From the NCBI GenBank assembly GCA_903884115.1, contig CAISDH010000003.1, forward strand, positions 330 through 64,329: a stretch of DNA of 64,000 nucleotides. Reading direction: 5' to 3'. The notes beneath the pieces are model-generated. The model saw nothing but the letters and a program-made list of their open reading frames with translations, was not told the DNA's origin and ran no database searches. This stretch comes from an uncultured Candidatus Micrarchaeota archaeon. Its GTDB lineage: Archaea; Micrarchaeota; Micrarchaeia; Micrarchaeales; Micrarchaeaceae. Positions 18,369-27,198 of this stretch are shown here, one piece after another. A program made the translations under genes and the position numbers. Position 1 is the stretch's first letter. Each line of letters begins with the position of its first letter.

Positions 18369-19271
18369 TCACGCTGCCCTGAAAACGTCCTTCCTGACCT
18401 CCGTGACCTCTCCGCTCTCTGCGAGTATGACCAGCACCGCCCTGGCGCCGTCCTCGTCGATTCCTGCCTCTTTTGCGATGTCCTCTATGCTGGTGCTCTT
18501 CTTCTCGATGATCTTCAGGAGCTTGGGCGTATTCCTGCTTATGAAATCGCGCAGCGCTATGTAGAACTTCTTGTCAAATCCGCGTGTGCCCAGCACCAGC
18601 CCCTGCCTAATGCTCAGCTCCATGGCTGCGGACACGCTTGACGCTTCCGCTTCACTCTTGAGCACAATGTACCCTTTCGATTCAAGCAGGTTGACATACT
18701 CGTTGCTGTTTCCAGGGTTGCGCTCCACTGCCCTCTGCATTGTTGCAGGAGCTGGCGCTTGCGGCGCCCTTGCAGGCGCTCCCTGCTTTCCGGTGTATGT
18801 GCGCTTCCCGTACAGGAACTTGTCGTATATGTCCTTCTCTATCCCGTACTTGTACTCGCTCTCGTTGCTCTTCCTGAACAGCGTGACGAATCCCTTCTTG
18901 AGGAGCCTCAGCAGCGTCTGCTTCTCATCAGGGTTAAGCATGCCTTCCACTGTTGCCTTCGTGCGCTCCCCGTAGCGTATCGTATCGAGTTTCTTGAGCA
19001 GCGCTAGCTCGCTTGGATCTAGCACAGTGTCCTTGCCTCTGACTTCCTGCTGCTGCGCCTGCGGTTGCGGACCCTGCCCCTTGAGTTTAACAAGCAGGTC
19101 AGCGACATCCGCTTTCTTCGCGACCAGGAAGCTCTTGCCAGAGTACTGGAAGAAGTCGACATCGTCGCCCTCCCGGATGCCGAGCGCTGTCGCAACATCG
19201 TACGGAATGTTTATCACAAGCTTGTTATTGAGCTTATACACTTTCGAGATCCAAACACCCACAGCAAGCAA
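18369..19271 (-). CDS. Putative DNA-binding protein: N-terminal AbrB/SpoVT-like swapped-hairpin domain + C-terminal winged-helix-like region
   Basis: KLVINIPYDVATALGIREGDDVDFF resembles AbrB/SpoVT. The C terminus STSIEDIAKEAGIDEDGARAVLVILAESGEV is wHTH-like. Confidence 0.45.
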   Translation of the reverse strand: MLAVGVWISKVYKLNNKLVINIPYDVATALGIREGDDVDFFQYSGKSFLVAKKADVADLLVKLKGQGPQPQAQQQEVRGKDTVLDPSELALLKKLDTIRYGERTKATVEGMLNPDEKQTLLRLLKKGFVTLFRKSNESEYKYGIEKDIYDKFLYGKRTYTGKQGAPARAPQAPAPATMQRAVERNPGNSNEYVNLLESKGYIVLKSEAEASSVSAAMELSIRQGLVLGTRGFDKKFYIALRDFISRNTPKLLKIIEKKSTSIEDIAKEAGIDEDGARAVLVILAESGEVTEVRKDVFRAA

Positions 19272-19342
19272 TTCGCTTTACATATATGCACTAGCATGCA
19301 AAGCTTAAAAGCCTTAAGACGCCACCAGTTTGTAAGGGTTTT

Positions 19343-20869
19343 ATGCGGATGATGCAGGGATTAAAAGAGTTTACAAAGTTCACCAAAGGCGCGCTCGACA
19401 TAAGGGACGTCTACGCCCTTAACGCAAATCTGCATGCCATTGGCATGAATGAGCGGCTTCTTATTGAGAATGCCGGATCTGGCGTCGCGCATGCGCTGCG
19501 CGGCAATGACGGAAAGAAGATACTTTTTGTGTGCGGCACGGGCGGAAAGGGCGCAATAGGAATGTGCGCGGCCAGGCACATGCTGGATCGTGCCGATGTC
19601 AGCGTCGCGCTCGTGCGCAACAGGGCCGCGATAACGAACGATGCTGCCGCATTCAATTATGGCTTGCTCAGTTCCATTCTGCAGGTGCAGGAAATCGATG
19701 AGAACGGCGTGGGCAAACTGGACCTGCTTGTTAAGTCTGCTGATGTTGTGGTCGAGGCGCTGGTGGGCATTGGCCTGAAGGGCCGGCTGTCGAAATTCAT
19801 GGCAGACGTAATAAAAGCGATCAACCAATCGGGCAAGCATGTCATATCCATAGAGGTGCCTGCAGGCATGCACGCAGACACAGGCCTGCCTAACATCGCA
19901 AGCATAAAGGCCGACGAGCTGTTCAGCATATACAAGAACAAGAAGACGGTTCAATGCAAGAAGCCTGGCTGCAAGTCCAGTATCATAGATATCGGTATGC
20001 CTGCCGCAATGGAGCTCATTGCGGGCCCTGGAGACGTCATGCTCGCCACAGAACCAAGATCTATAAATGCCAACAAGTACGACACTGGGGCTGTGCTTGT
20101 TGTGGGCGGCAGCGCGGAATATCACGGCGCTCCATTGCTTTCCGCGTTCGCGGCCTTGCGCACCGGATCAGGCTACGTTACCATTGCAGCACCGAAAAGC
20201 GCAGCGATAAAGCTCAAAGAGAAATCCCCTAACCTTGCTGTCAGGGTGCTGCCCAACAGCGCCATTACCTCTGATGATGTCGCGACCATATGCAGCATAC
20301 GGCACGACAGTGTTGCTGTGGGATCCGGCATGTCCGTAACCAAGGAAAGCCTTGATACAATCCTTGAATTTATAAAGCGCTGCAATACGCCGATGGTGCT
20401 TGATGCTGCCGCACTTAGAGCTGTTGCTCTGGATAAATCCGTCCTGAACGGGCGCATGGTCCTTACCCCGCATGAAGGTGAATTTGAGGCACTTACTGGG
20501 ATAAACCTGGACCACTCTGCGCTGCACGAACGCATACGCGCTGCAATAAGGTTTGCACGCTCCTACAAATGCACGCTGGTATTGAAAGGCAACGAGACTG
20601 TGGTTACCAACGGAAAGCTGCTGAAGATCAACATGGCAGCAAGCCCTGCGCTTGCAACTATGGGCACTGGCGATGCGCTTTCAGGTATGATCGCAAGCTA
20701 CCTTTCCAGGCACAAGGATGTGTTCGAATGCGCAGTTGCTGCCGTGCATGCGCACGCAAAAGCGGGCGACCTGCTGTCGATGCAGAAGGGTATGCACATA
20801 ACTGCCACTGACGTGGTCGAAGCAATCCCTGACGTATTGAGACTATTTGATATTGTCGAGAAGATGTGA
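19343..20869 (+). CDS. nnr: Bifunctional NAD(P)H-hydrate repair enzyme Nnr (epimerase + ADP-dependent dehydratase)
   Basis: YjeF-N domain (FVCGTGGKGAIG) fused to a carbohydrate-kinase-like C domain (GTGDALSG). Confidence 0.85.
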   Translation: MRMMQGLKEFTKFTKGALDIRDVYALNANLHAIGMNERLLIENAGSGVAHALRGNDGKKILFVCGTGGKGAIGMCAARHMLDRADVSVALVRNRAAITNDAAAFNYGLLSSILQVQEIDENGVGKLDLLVKSADVVVEALVGIGLKGRLSKFMADVIKAINQSGKHVISIEVPAGMHADTGLPNIASIKADELFSIYKNKKTVQCKKPGCKSSIIDIGMPAAMELIAGPGDVMLATEPRSINANKYDTGAVLVVGGSAEYHGAPLLSAFAALRTGSGYVTIAAPKSAAIKLKEKSPNLAVRVLPNSAITSDDVATICSIRHDSVAVGSGMSVTKESLDTILEFIKRCNTPMVLDAAALRAVALDKSVLNGRMVLTPHEGEFEALTGINLDHSALHERIRAAIRFARSYKCTLVLKGNETVVTNGKLLKINMAASPALATMGTGDALSGMIASYLSRHKDVFECAVAAVHAHAKAGDLLSMQKGMHITATDVVEAIPDVLRLFDIVEKM

Positions 20870-20870
20870 T

Positions 20871-21176
20871 ATGATGAAAAACAAGAGCAAGAAGAAACAG
20901 AAAAAGAAAACCAAGAATGCTGTCTGGGTCGCTAGCGCAATCGCGATGATCTTTGGTGCAGCGCTTACGGTCTACGGTCTCAGCCTGAACCGTATCGCGA
21001 TCTGCAACTGCCCAATGGAGCTTCCTGGCCAAGTTCCGTGCAAATGCATAAGTCCTGTCGGCAATGCCGTGGGATTACTTGTGGCAATAGGCATAATGTC
21101 AATACTCGTGGGCATCTGGTGGGCAGTCTTAAACTACTACAAGCACAGTATAGTACATCCCTCTCGCAGGGCATGA
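20871..21176 (+). CDS. Small membrane protein with Lys-rich N-terminus and Cys-rich loop
   Basis: Two TM segments. Its stop overlaps the argS start (ATGA). Confidence 0.35.
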   Translation: MMKNKSKKKQKKKTKNAVWVASAIAMIFGAALTVYGLSLNRIAICNCPMELPGQVPCKCISPVGNAVGLLVAIGIMSILVGIWWAVLNYYKHSIVHPSRRA

Positions 21177-23074
21177 CTTCCATGAAGCAGAACAACGACA
21201 TCGTGCAAGCACCGTATGAAGAAGCAGCAAAGGAGATATCGGAGGCGATAGCAAAGGCAATGGAGAAGTCGGGCTACCGCTACGACGCATCAGATGCCAC
21301 AATAGGCATGTCGAAGTCATTTGGCGACGTGTCCTCATCGATAGCGTTCTACCTTGCAAAGGCTTACAAGAAAACCCCCATGGACATAGCTGCGCAGGTG
21401 AAGGGTGCAATGAAGGTGCCTGAATGTGTCAGCGAAGTTACCACAGAGAATGCGTACCTCAATTTCCATCTTGACCGGGCGGGTTTCTCAAGAAAAGTGG
21501 TGAGCTCTGCGCTCTCCAGCAGCGATATCGTTTCAGTAATGGGCAACCATATCAAGGTGACTGTCGAAGCTCCAAGCATAAATCCGAACAAGCCGTGGCA
21601 TGTCGGCAGCCTGAGGAACGCGATACTTGGCGATGTCATCTCGAACTTATACCGTGCATGCGGCTATGATGTGGAGCGCGAGAACTACATAGACGACCTT
21701 GGGCTGCAGGTGGCCGAGAGCCTCTGGGGTTTCATGCATCTTGGCAACACGCCTGAAGGAAAATTCGATTACTGGCTCGGCGAGCAGTATGTGAAGGTTA
21801 ACAAGGCCATCGAGGATAATGCCAATGTCAAGGCAGAGGTGGCACAGGTGCTTGCTCTGATGGAACAGGACGGCACCTACGAGGCGAAGCTGTCCAGGGA
21901 GCTTGCTGCAAAATGCGTTGCTGCGCAGTACGAGACCTCTTTCAGCTATCATATTTACCACGACCTGCTTGTCTGGGAGGGCGACATCATACGCGAGCGG
22001 CTAATGGACAAGGCTCTTGCAGCTCTGGAGCGGCTGAATGTCATAGAAAAGCCCAAGGAGGGCAAGTATGCTGGCTGTGTTGTGATGAACCTCAACACCA
22101 TCAAGGACCTGCCCCCTGCGCTCGCAGGCCTGCGCGAGGACGTGCGCGTGCTCATGAGGAGCGACGGCACTCCCACCTATCTGGCGAAGGACATAGCGCA
22201 CCACATGTGGAAGCTCGGAATCCTGGCGAACACGTTCAAGTACTCTGAGTTCATGGTGAAGCGTCCTGACGGCAAGCCCATCTACACCACCTCTCCGGAA
22301 GGCGCACCGATGCCATTCGGCAATTCCCGGATCGCAATAAACATAATAGGTTCGGCGCAAGCCCTGCCTCAGATGATACTGGCGTATGCATTCAAGATGA
22401 TCGGCGCTGAGCGTGCCGAAAACAGCATAGTGCACATGAGTTATGGAGAGGTCGACGTGGAAGGCGGGCTCTCCGGAAGGAAGGGCACCTGGCTTGCCGG
22501 CTACACTGCAGACAATCTGCTTAAAGAGGCAATATCCAAGGCGCAGTCTGCGATGGGTTCCCGGTTCAAGCTCTCGACAGAAGAGGTGGAAAGGATAGCG
22601 AAGAGCGTGGCCGTCGCATCGATAAAGTTCGAGTACCTGAGATTCTCACCTGAAAAGCGTTTCCAGTTTACATGGGAACGCGCACTGAACTTCGAGGGCG
22701 CATCGGGCCCGTACTGCCAGTATATGCATGCACGAGCCGTGCGTATGCTAGAAGATGGTGGCTTTGACGAGAGGCTGGAGCCGAATGCCGACTTCTCCAC
22801 AGCGATCTCGGACTACGAGTTTGTACTGGTAAAGCAGATGTCTTTCATGAATTCGATCATAGAGAAGGCGTGTAGGGAGCTTCGGCCAAACGCAGTTGCA
22901 GAGTATGCCAGTGATCTGGCATCCACGTTCAGCAAATTCTACGAGAACGTTCCTGTCCTGAAAGCAAAAGATGAGAAGCAGCGCAACGCGAGGCTCGCAC
23001 TCACTTCTGCGTTTGCAAGGACGATGGCTCGTGCGCTCGGCATCCTGGGCATAGATGCGCTTCATAAGATGTAG
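21173..23074 (+). CDS. argS: Arginine--tRNA ligase
   Basis: Class I aaRS with the ArgRS anticodon-binding C terminus. I chose the start at 21173 (MTSMKQNND) because it is ATGA-coupled to the preceding gene. The track ORF starts at 21038. Confidence 0.9.
   Translation: MTSMKQNNDIVQAPYEEAAKEISEAIAKAMEKSGYRYDASDATIGMSKSFGDVSSSIAFYLAKAYKKTPMDIAAQVKGAMKVPECVSEVTTENAYLNFHLDRAGFSRKVVSSALSSSDIVSVMGNHIKVTVEAPSINPNKPWHVGSLRNAILGDVISNLYRACGYDVERENYIDDLGLQVAESLWGFMHLGNTPEGKFDYWLGEQYVKVNKAIEDNANVKAEVAQVLALMEQDGTYEAKLSRELAAKCVAAQYETSFSYHIYHDLLVWEGDIIRERLMDKALAALERLNVIEKPKEGKYAGCVVMNLNTIKDLPPALAGLREDVRVLMRSDGTPTYLAKDIAHHMWKLGILANTFKYSEFMVKRPDGKPIYTTSPEGAPMPFGNSRIAINIIGSAQALPQMILAYAFKMIGAERAENSIVHMSYGEVDVEGGLSGRKGTWLAGYTADNLLKEAISKAQSAMGSRFKLSTEEVERIAKSVAVASIKFEYLRFSPEKRFQFTWERALNFEGASGPYCQYMHARAVRMLEDGGFDERLEPNADFSTAISDYEFVLVKQMSFMNSIIEKACRELRPNAVAEYASDLASTFSKFYENVPVLKAKDEKQRNARLALTSAFARTMARALGILGIDALHKM
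23025..23070 (+). repeat. Direct repeat DR-L (last 46 nt of argS)
   Basis: TGGCTCGTGCGCTCGGCATCCTGGGCATAGATGCGCTTCATAAGAT. 43/46 nt identical to 23765..23810. Confidence 0.9.
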
Positions 23075-23111
23075 CAACTGTGCCTTGTAGGAAGACTGTT
23101 CTTTTCGAACA

Positions 23112-23519
23112 TCAAGTCTTTCCAATAAATATCGTTCTGAGCCCTATCTTTTCCAACTTTTCAAAATCCATGTCCTTTGTAAGTAGCTTCAACCCCCTGT
23201 TGTCGCACTGCGCCGCAATCAGCAGGTCTATCATGTTTATCCTCTTGCCTTTTAATCTCAGGAATTCGTAAAGCTTTACGGCTCTGCTTGAATCCTGCTT
23301 TGTCACAGGCAGCAACGGGAACTTTTCGAAGAAGATGTCTGCCTTATCTCTGGCTTTTTTATCCTGTATTCCTATGAGCGTCTCGTAATGACTTATGACG
23401 CTTATTGATATGTCCTCCTCCCCGTCGATGATCTCTACTGCCGAACGATTTCCCCTCATATATTCTATTATTGCCGAAGTATCAAGAAGGATGCCCATAA
23501 GATCTCGCCTTGATGTCAT
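23112..23519 (-). CDS. vapC: PIN-domain toxin VapC
   Basis: GILLDTSAIIEY..., LLTKDMDF. An alternative start lies at 23498. Confidence 0.8.
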   Translation of the reverse strand: MTSRRDLMGILLDTSAIIEYMRGNRSAVEIIDGEEDISISVISHYETLIGIQDKKARDKADIFFEKFPLLPVTKQDSSRAVKLYEFLRLKGKRINMIDLLIAAQCDNRGLKLLTKDMDFEKLEKIGLRTIFIGKT

Positions 23520-23715
23520 GCCTTGCCTCTCTCACCTTCCTCAGCGCCGCATCAGCTTCTTTATCAGAGAGTATCCCTTCCATTCTCTTCATAAGAGCCT
23601 TCTTCTCCTTCTGGGGAAGGGCGACCAGTTCTGCGAGGAGCTCGCTGAAGCTCTTACCGTCCTTCACCTTGAACAGGCTCGCATATACGCTATCTGTTAT
23701 CATTATTGTCTTCAT
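23482..23715 (-). CDS. vapB: VapB-type antitoxin (same family as 10946..11176)
   Basis: MKTIMITDSVYASLFKVKDGKSFSELLAELV parallels MTKIISLTDAVYMKLKGLKKNKSFSREIDELL. Confidence 0.65.
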   Translation of the reverse strand: MKTIMITDSVYASLFKVKDGKSFSELLAELVALPQKEKKALMKRMEGILSDKEADAALRKVREARHDIKARSYGHPS

Positions 23716-23764
23716 GCTATCTGTAGTATGTATACAGTATACAGATTATTAAGCTTTGCTACTC

Positions 23765-23810
23765 TGGCTCGCGTGCTCGGCATCCTGGGCCTAGATGCGC
23801 TTCATAAGAT
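23765..23810 (+). repeat. Direct repeat DR-R (orphan copy of the argS 3' end, followed by TAG)
   Basis: TGGCTCGCGTGCTCGGCATCCTGGGCCTAGATGCGCTTCATAAGAT. It would encode ...ARVLGILGLDALHKI*. Confidence 0.9.
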
Positions 23811-23830
23811 TAGCATGCTCTTTCTTTGAT

Positions 23831-24397
23831 CTATCTGCTGCGCAGCTTTCTCTTCTTGAGTGCCAGCCGCAATGCCTCAAGGCAGGTATCTTCCAGACTT
23901 CCAAGAATTATCTTGTCTGGGGCATCCAGGGACAGGTCGTAGCTGATCCTGTCCAACCCTTCAAAGCTGCCGTCGCTTCCTAAACAGAATCGTACGGATC
24001 TGTCATGTCTGTAATTGGTAATGCATTCTCCCAGTTCCAGCCTGGTATTTGCTCCGTATGCCTTTCGGCAGTCATGCGTCTTCGCTTTCGGCAGCCAAAA
24101 CAGGATTGCCCCTGTCCTTGACGCCACATCAAGATAATGCCTCTCCCACGCCCTTTGTATCGGGAAGAAGCCGTCCTCTCCGTCCAGAAGATGCTGTTTG
24201 GAGATCCTGCTCACTTTTTTGCGCGGGTCTGCAACAACCACCTCCTGGTCTTGAGATAGGATGAATTTTATTGCGACATCCCTCCAGTTCGGTGCGTTTT
24301 TTACCGGCCCTGCCAAGAAGATCAGCGGCGCCTGAACTTTCTTCACATAAGTGTTAGGCACTATGACTCTGCACATGGTGATACCTGTTGCCTGCAC
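23831..24397 (-). CDS. Nucleoside 2-deoxyribosyltransferase-like (Nuc_deoxyri_tr2-like) protein
   Basis: PLIFLAGPVKNAPNWRD and GAILFWLP...YGANTRLELGEC share the G-x-N-T-x-x-E-x-G pattern with 11254..11682. Confidence 0.4.
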   Translation of the reverse strand: MQATGITMCRVIVPNTYVKKVQAPLIFLAGPVKNAPNWRDVAIKFILSQDQEVVVADPRKKVSRISKQHLLDGEDGFFPIQRAWERHYLDVASRTGAILFWLPKAKTHDCRKAYGANTRLELGECITNYRHDRSVRFCLGSDGSFEGLDRISYDLSLDAPDKIILGSLEDTCLEALRLALKKRKLRSR

Positions 24398-24498
24398 GGT
24401 CTGATGCGTTGGAGAATATATATTTCTTCCTGATAGTGCCCTTTTTATTGCTGAGAACTCTACGTCGAATATTTGTTCGGGCAGGGCCCAAATCCTAA

Positions 24499-24512
24499 GG
24501 TATAAATAATCC
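24499..24512 (+). promoter_or_regulatory. TATA box (AGGTATAAATAATC) upstream of tRNA-Arg
   Basis: Its end lies about 19 nt upstream of the tRNA 5' end. Confidence 0.5.
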
Positions 24513-24530
24513 TTATTCCAATTAGGCGCA

Positions 24531-24643
24531 GGGCTCGTAGCTCAGCTTGGACAGAGCGGCATCCTCCTAAGGTGAAGGTCGCGGGTTCAAAATAAGCTTT
24601 AAATTATTGCATGTTAAGGTTTAAGAGAATCCCGCCGAGCCCG
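24531..24643 (+). tRNA. tRNA-Arg (anticodon CCT) interrupted by a ~38-nt intron in the T-loop (about 24591..24628)
   Basis: Acceptor GGGCTCG/CGAGCCC is 7/7. The D arm is GCTC/GAGC. The anticodon stem is 4 bp plus a G:A pair, with loop CTCCTAA. T-stem halves GCGGG (24581-85) and CCCGC (24631-35) are separated by TTCAA + 38 nt + AT. Confidence 0.75.
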
Positions 24644-24653
24644 TGATGATAAT

Positions 24654-25703
24654 ATGCCTGCAAAGAAAAAATCAGCGACAATTAAAGAGAAAGAGCCCGT
24701 GTTCATACTGAAGCCGGCGATCAAGAATCACGGGCTTGACTATCTTCATATAGAGTTAATGGCGATAGTCATCATACTCATAGCGCTGGCTTTCGCGCTG
24801 GCCGCCTTCAAGCCTGGCGTTGTCGTAAAGAGCTGCGCGTACGGGGCCGTGAACGGAACGTGCACAGAGCCTTTGCATAACAGCACGCAGGCGCTCGCCG
24901 CTGCATACAAGGTGATCGCATCGTACGCCACAGTAAACACTTCTTTCTCATTGCTGCCGTACTATGTGCTGGTGAACGAATCCAAGATTTCATATCTGCC
25001 AAACCAGAGTGCATGGTTCATAATCGTGCCCTATACTGATCCGTTCATAAGCAACGCAATATTCAATTTCTCCATGCTGCTCTCCGACTCAAACCTCTCG
25101 CTTGAGAATTCATTCTCTCCGATGATAAAACCGGTTCTGTACACAAACAACACGGTTGTTGCACCTGGCGTTGTCAGCATCTACGGAGGCGCGCTGTGCA
25201 CGACCTCGAAGCCGGTGCCTGTTTATATGGTGACCGACCCGTACTCAACTGGGGCAATACCTGCGCTCTACACTGCGCTCAACGCCAGCAAGCGCTTCGG
25301 CAGCGAGATAAACATGAGCTATTATTTCATATTCGCAGGCAGCGCAATAAGCTTCTACAACGGCTACGGCGCCGCGACTACTCAGCTCCTAGGCAGGTAC
25401 CTTTCATGCGCATCGAAGCAGGGCAGTTTCAGCAACTTCCTATCAAACCTCAGCATCGCATACAAGGGCGTGCCGCTCTCCAACAACACGCTCTACGATG
25501 TGGTGCAGGGTTCGCATCTCAACATCAGCTCCATGAACGCGTGCATGGCCAATTCCATAACGTCCCTAGACTATCAGGCGAAGGTTGCATCGCTTTACAA
25601 TGTCGTCACGACTCCAGAGCTTGTAGTGAACTGCAAGTACGCTACGATACCGCAGACTCTCAACCTGGCGATAAACTACTCCTTGGGCCAGACAAAGGGC
25701 TGA
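24654..25703 (+). CDS. Membrane-anchored extracellular protein rich in N-glycosylation sequons
   Basis: N-terminal TM (LMAIVIILIALAFALAAF) and more than 12 N-x-S/T sequons. No recognised domain. Confidence 0.5.
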   Translation: MPAKKKSATIKEKEPVFILKPAIKNHGLDYLHIELMAIVIILIALAFALAAFKPGVVVKSCAYGAVNGTCTEPLHNSTQALAAAYKVIASYATVNTSFSLLPYYVLVNESKISYLPNQSAWFIIVPYTDPFISNAIFNFSMLLSDSNLSLENSFSPMIKPVLYTNNTVVAPGVVSIYGGALCTTSKPVPVYMVTDPYSTGAIPALYTALNASKRFGSEINMSYYFIFAGSAISFYNGYGAATTQLLGRYLSCASKQGSFSNFLSNLSIAYKGVPLSNNTLYDVVQGSHLNISSMNACMANSITSLDYQAKVASLYNVVTTPELVVNCKYATIPQTLNLAINYSLGQTKG

Positions 25704-25704
25704 A

Positions 25705-26178
25705 ATGGACATACTCGTCGGGATAGATACTGGAAAGACTGTGGGCATTGCGTGCATAGACTTCAAAGGCAGGCTGCTGGCGCATCTCCATAAGCGATTC
25801 GCAGGTATGGAGAGCATAGTCTCTGATATCATGATGGTTGGCACCCCTGTGATAGTGGCCGCAGACAAGCCCGTGCCAAGCGAGCTGATAAAGAAGATAA
25901 ATGCCGCTTTCAATGCAAGGCTGTACGCTCCAGACTACGAATTCAGCGCAAGGGAAAAACGCGCTGCCTCTAAGAACGAGGACATAAGCGACATACACGA
26001 GCGCGACGCGTATTTCGCGGCAATGAAGGCGTATCATGCGTTCGAAAACAAGCTCAAGCAGGCAGAGCGCATCGCCATGAAGAGCGGGGTTACAAACGTT
26101 GACGACATAAAGGCCAAGGTCCTCCGGAAGTATTCCATAAGCGAGGCCATAGCGGGCCGGGAGGCAAACAGGAGATAG
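25705..26178 (+). CDS. DUF460-family (RNase H-like fold) protein, short form
   Basis: MDILVGIDTGKTVGIACIDFKGRLL...VIVAADK matches the DUF460/COG2433 N-terminal domain. Confidence 0.55.
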   Translation: MDILVGIDTGKTVGIACIDFKGRLLAHLHKRFAGMESIVSDIMMVGTPVIVAADKPVPSELIKKINAAFNARLYAPDYEFSAREKRAASKNEDISDIHERDAYFAAMKAYHAFENKLKQAERIAMKSGVTNVDDIKAKVLRKYSISEAIAGREANRR

Positions 26179-26291
26179 ATGTACTGGCTTAGCACAGCGC
26201 CTAAGAGCTCCCTGCCACGACCTGTCAGAGTATTTAAAAAGCTTTCCATTCAAATAACCTCTTCCTGCCTTTCATTGGCGGGGCGACATGA

Positions 26292-27083
26292 TTGGAGAGA
26301 ACCAAGCAGTTGCAGGTAAACCGGAGCAGTACTGCTGTCTTCAAGGAGATATGCTGCAGGGTCAACCTGATGCCTTTCCAGTCCATGATATATGCGATTT
26401 CGTACGCCAGACTGGGCGCAAAGACAAAGAGAGGGTCGCGCGCCAGTTCGTACAGGCATAAGCTTCTTGCACATCTCAACACCCTGAAGGTGCTTGCAAA
26501 GCTGCTCCAGTCCTCTGTAGAAGTCGATTCAACGCTCTCTTATATGAACACCAAGTCTGCAGTGAACAATTACGTTAATCTTTTCTATTCAATGACCGAC
26601 AACGAGCGCAGCAACTATCTGGGCACAGCATCGGCGCACGTACTCGGCAGAGTAAAGCCTGAGAACAACCTGCTGCTGGTTCCTGCAATGATGGCGAGCG
26701 CAGGCAGGCCGAAACGCACGGCGATATCCAACATAGAGATAGCGCTGTACAAGAAGCCATTCAAGCTGCTCTACGAGGCAAGCAGCTCCGCGCTCCAGGT
26801 GATGCACTTCCGGCAGCGTACTGCAATTGAGCACATACCGGAAGCTGCTACGGCCGAGTTCACAAAGAACCTTGCAAAGCTTGATTCCAGGATAAGGTCG
26901 ATAGAGCATGGCAGGATAAATCCGGAAAGCGATGAATCCTTGAAGCGTGCGTTCATACTCAGTGCCATAGACTTCTCTGTATCTCACTGCTCCAGCGCGC
27001 TCGACACTGTATCAGAGAAGCTTGAGACTCGCAGCGTAAAGTCGGCAAGGATGCGCAAACTCATAAGAAAGGCACAACGCTAA
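26292..27083 (+). CDS. Hypothetical protein (start uncertain)
   Basis: Longest ORF in the interval. No recognisable motif. The N-terminal roughly 60 codons compete with a minus-strand 82-aa ORF. Confidence 0.3.
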   Translation: MERTKQLQVNRSSTAVFKEICCRVNLMPFQSMIYAISYARLGAKTKRGSRASSYRHKLLAHLNTLKVLAKLLQSSVEVDSTLSYMNTKSAVNNYVNLFYSMTDNERSNYLGTASAHVLGRVKPENNLLLVPAMMASAGRPKRTAISNIEIALYKKPFKLLYEASSSALQVMHFRQRTAIEHIPEAATAEFTKNLAKLDSRIRSIEHGRINPESDESLKRAFILSAIDFSVSHCSSALDTVSEKLETRSVKSARMRKLIRKAQR

Positions 27084-27108
27084 TTATTTTTGCATGCTAT
27101 TACTTGTA

Positions 27109-27183
27109 GCTCCCATCGTCTAGCCCGGTCAAGGACGCGAGCCTCTCACGCTCGAAACACGGATCCAAATTCCGTTGGGAGCA
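27109..27183 (+). tRNA. tRNA-Glu (anticodon CTC)
   Basis: Acceptor GCTCCCA/TGGGAGC, anticodon stem CGAGC/GCTCG with loop CTCTCAC, T arm ACGGA-TCCAAAT-TCCGT. Confidence 0.8.
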
Positions 27184-27198
27184 TCTCATTTTTAGATA

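Noticed and set aside
19361-20125. 254-aa minus-strand ORF
   Set aside because: Antisense shadow of nnr. No motifs, and an R/H/C-rich composition.
25660-26253. 197-aa minus-strand ORF and the 176-aa plus-strand ORF 25196..25726
   Set aside because: They overlap the DUF460 gene and the glycoprotein gene in alternative frames, and their composition is arginine/histidine-rich. They are not supported.
26180-26560. Possible RNase P RNA or SRP RNA in the poorly coding stretch after the DUF460 gene
   Set aside because: I found no conserved RNase P (GAGGAAAGTCC-type) or SRP helix-8 (GGAA tetraloop context) motifs by eye. The region is left as the uncertain 5' part of a hypothetical CDS.
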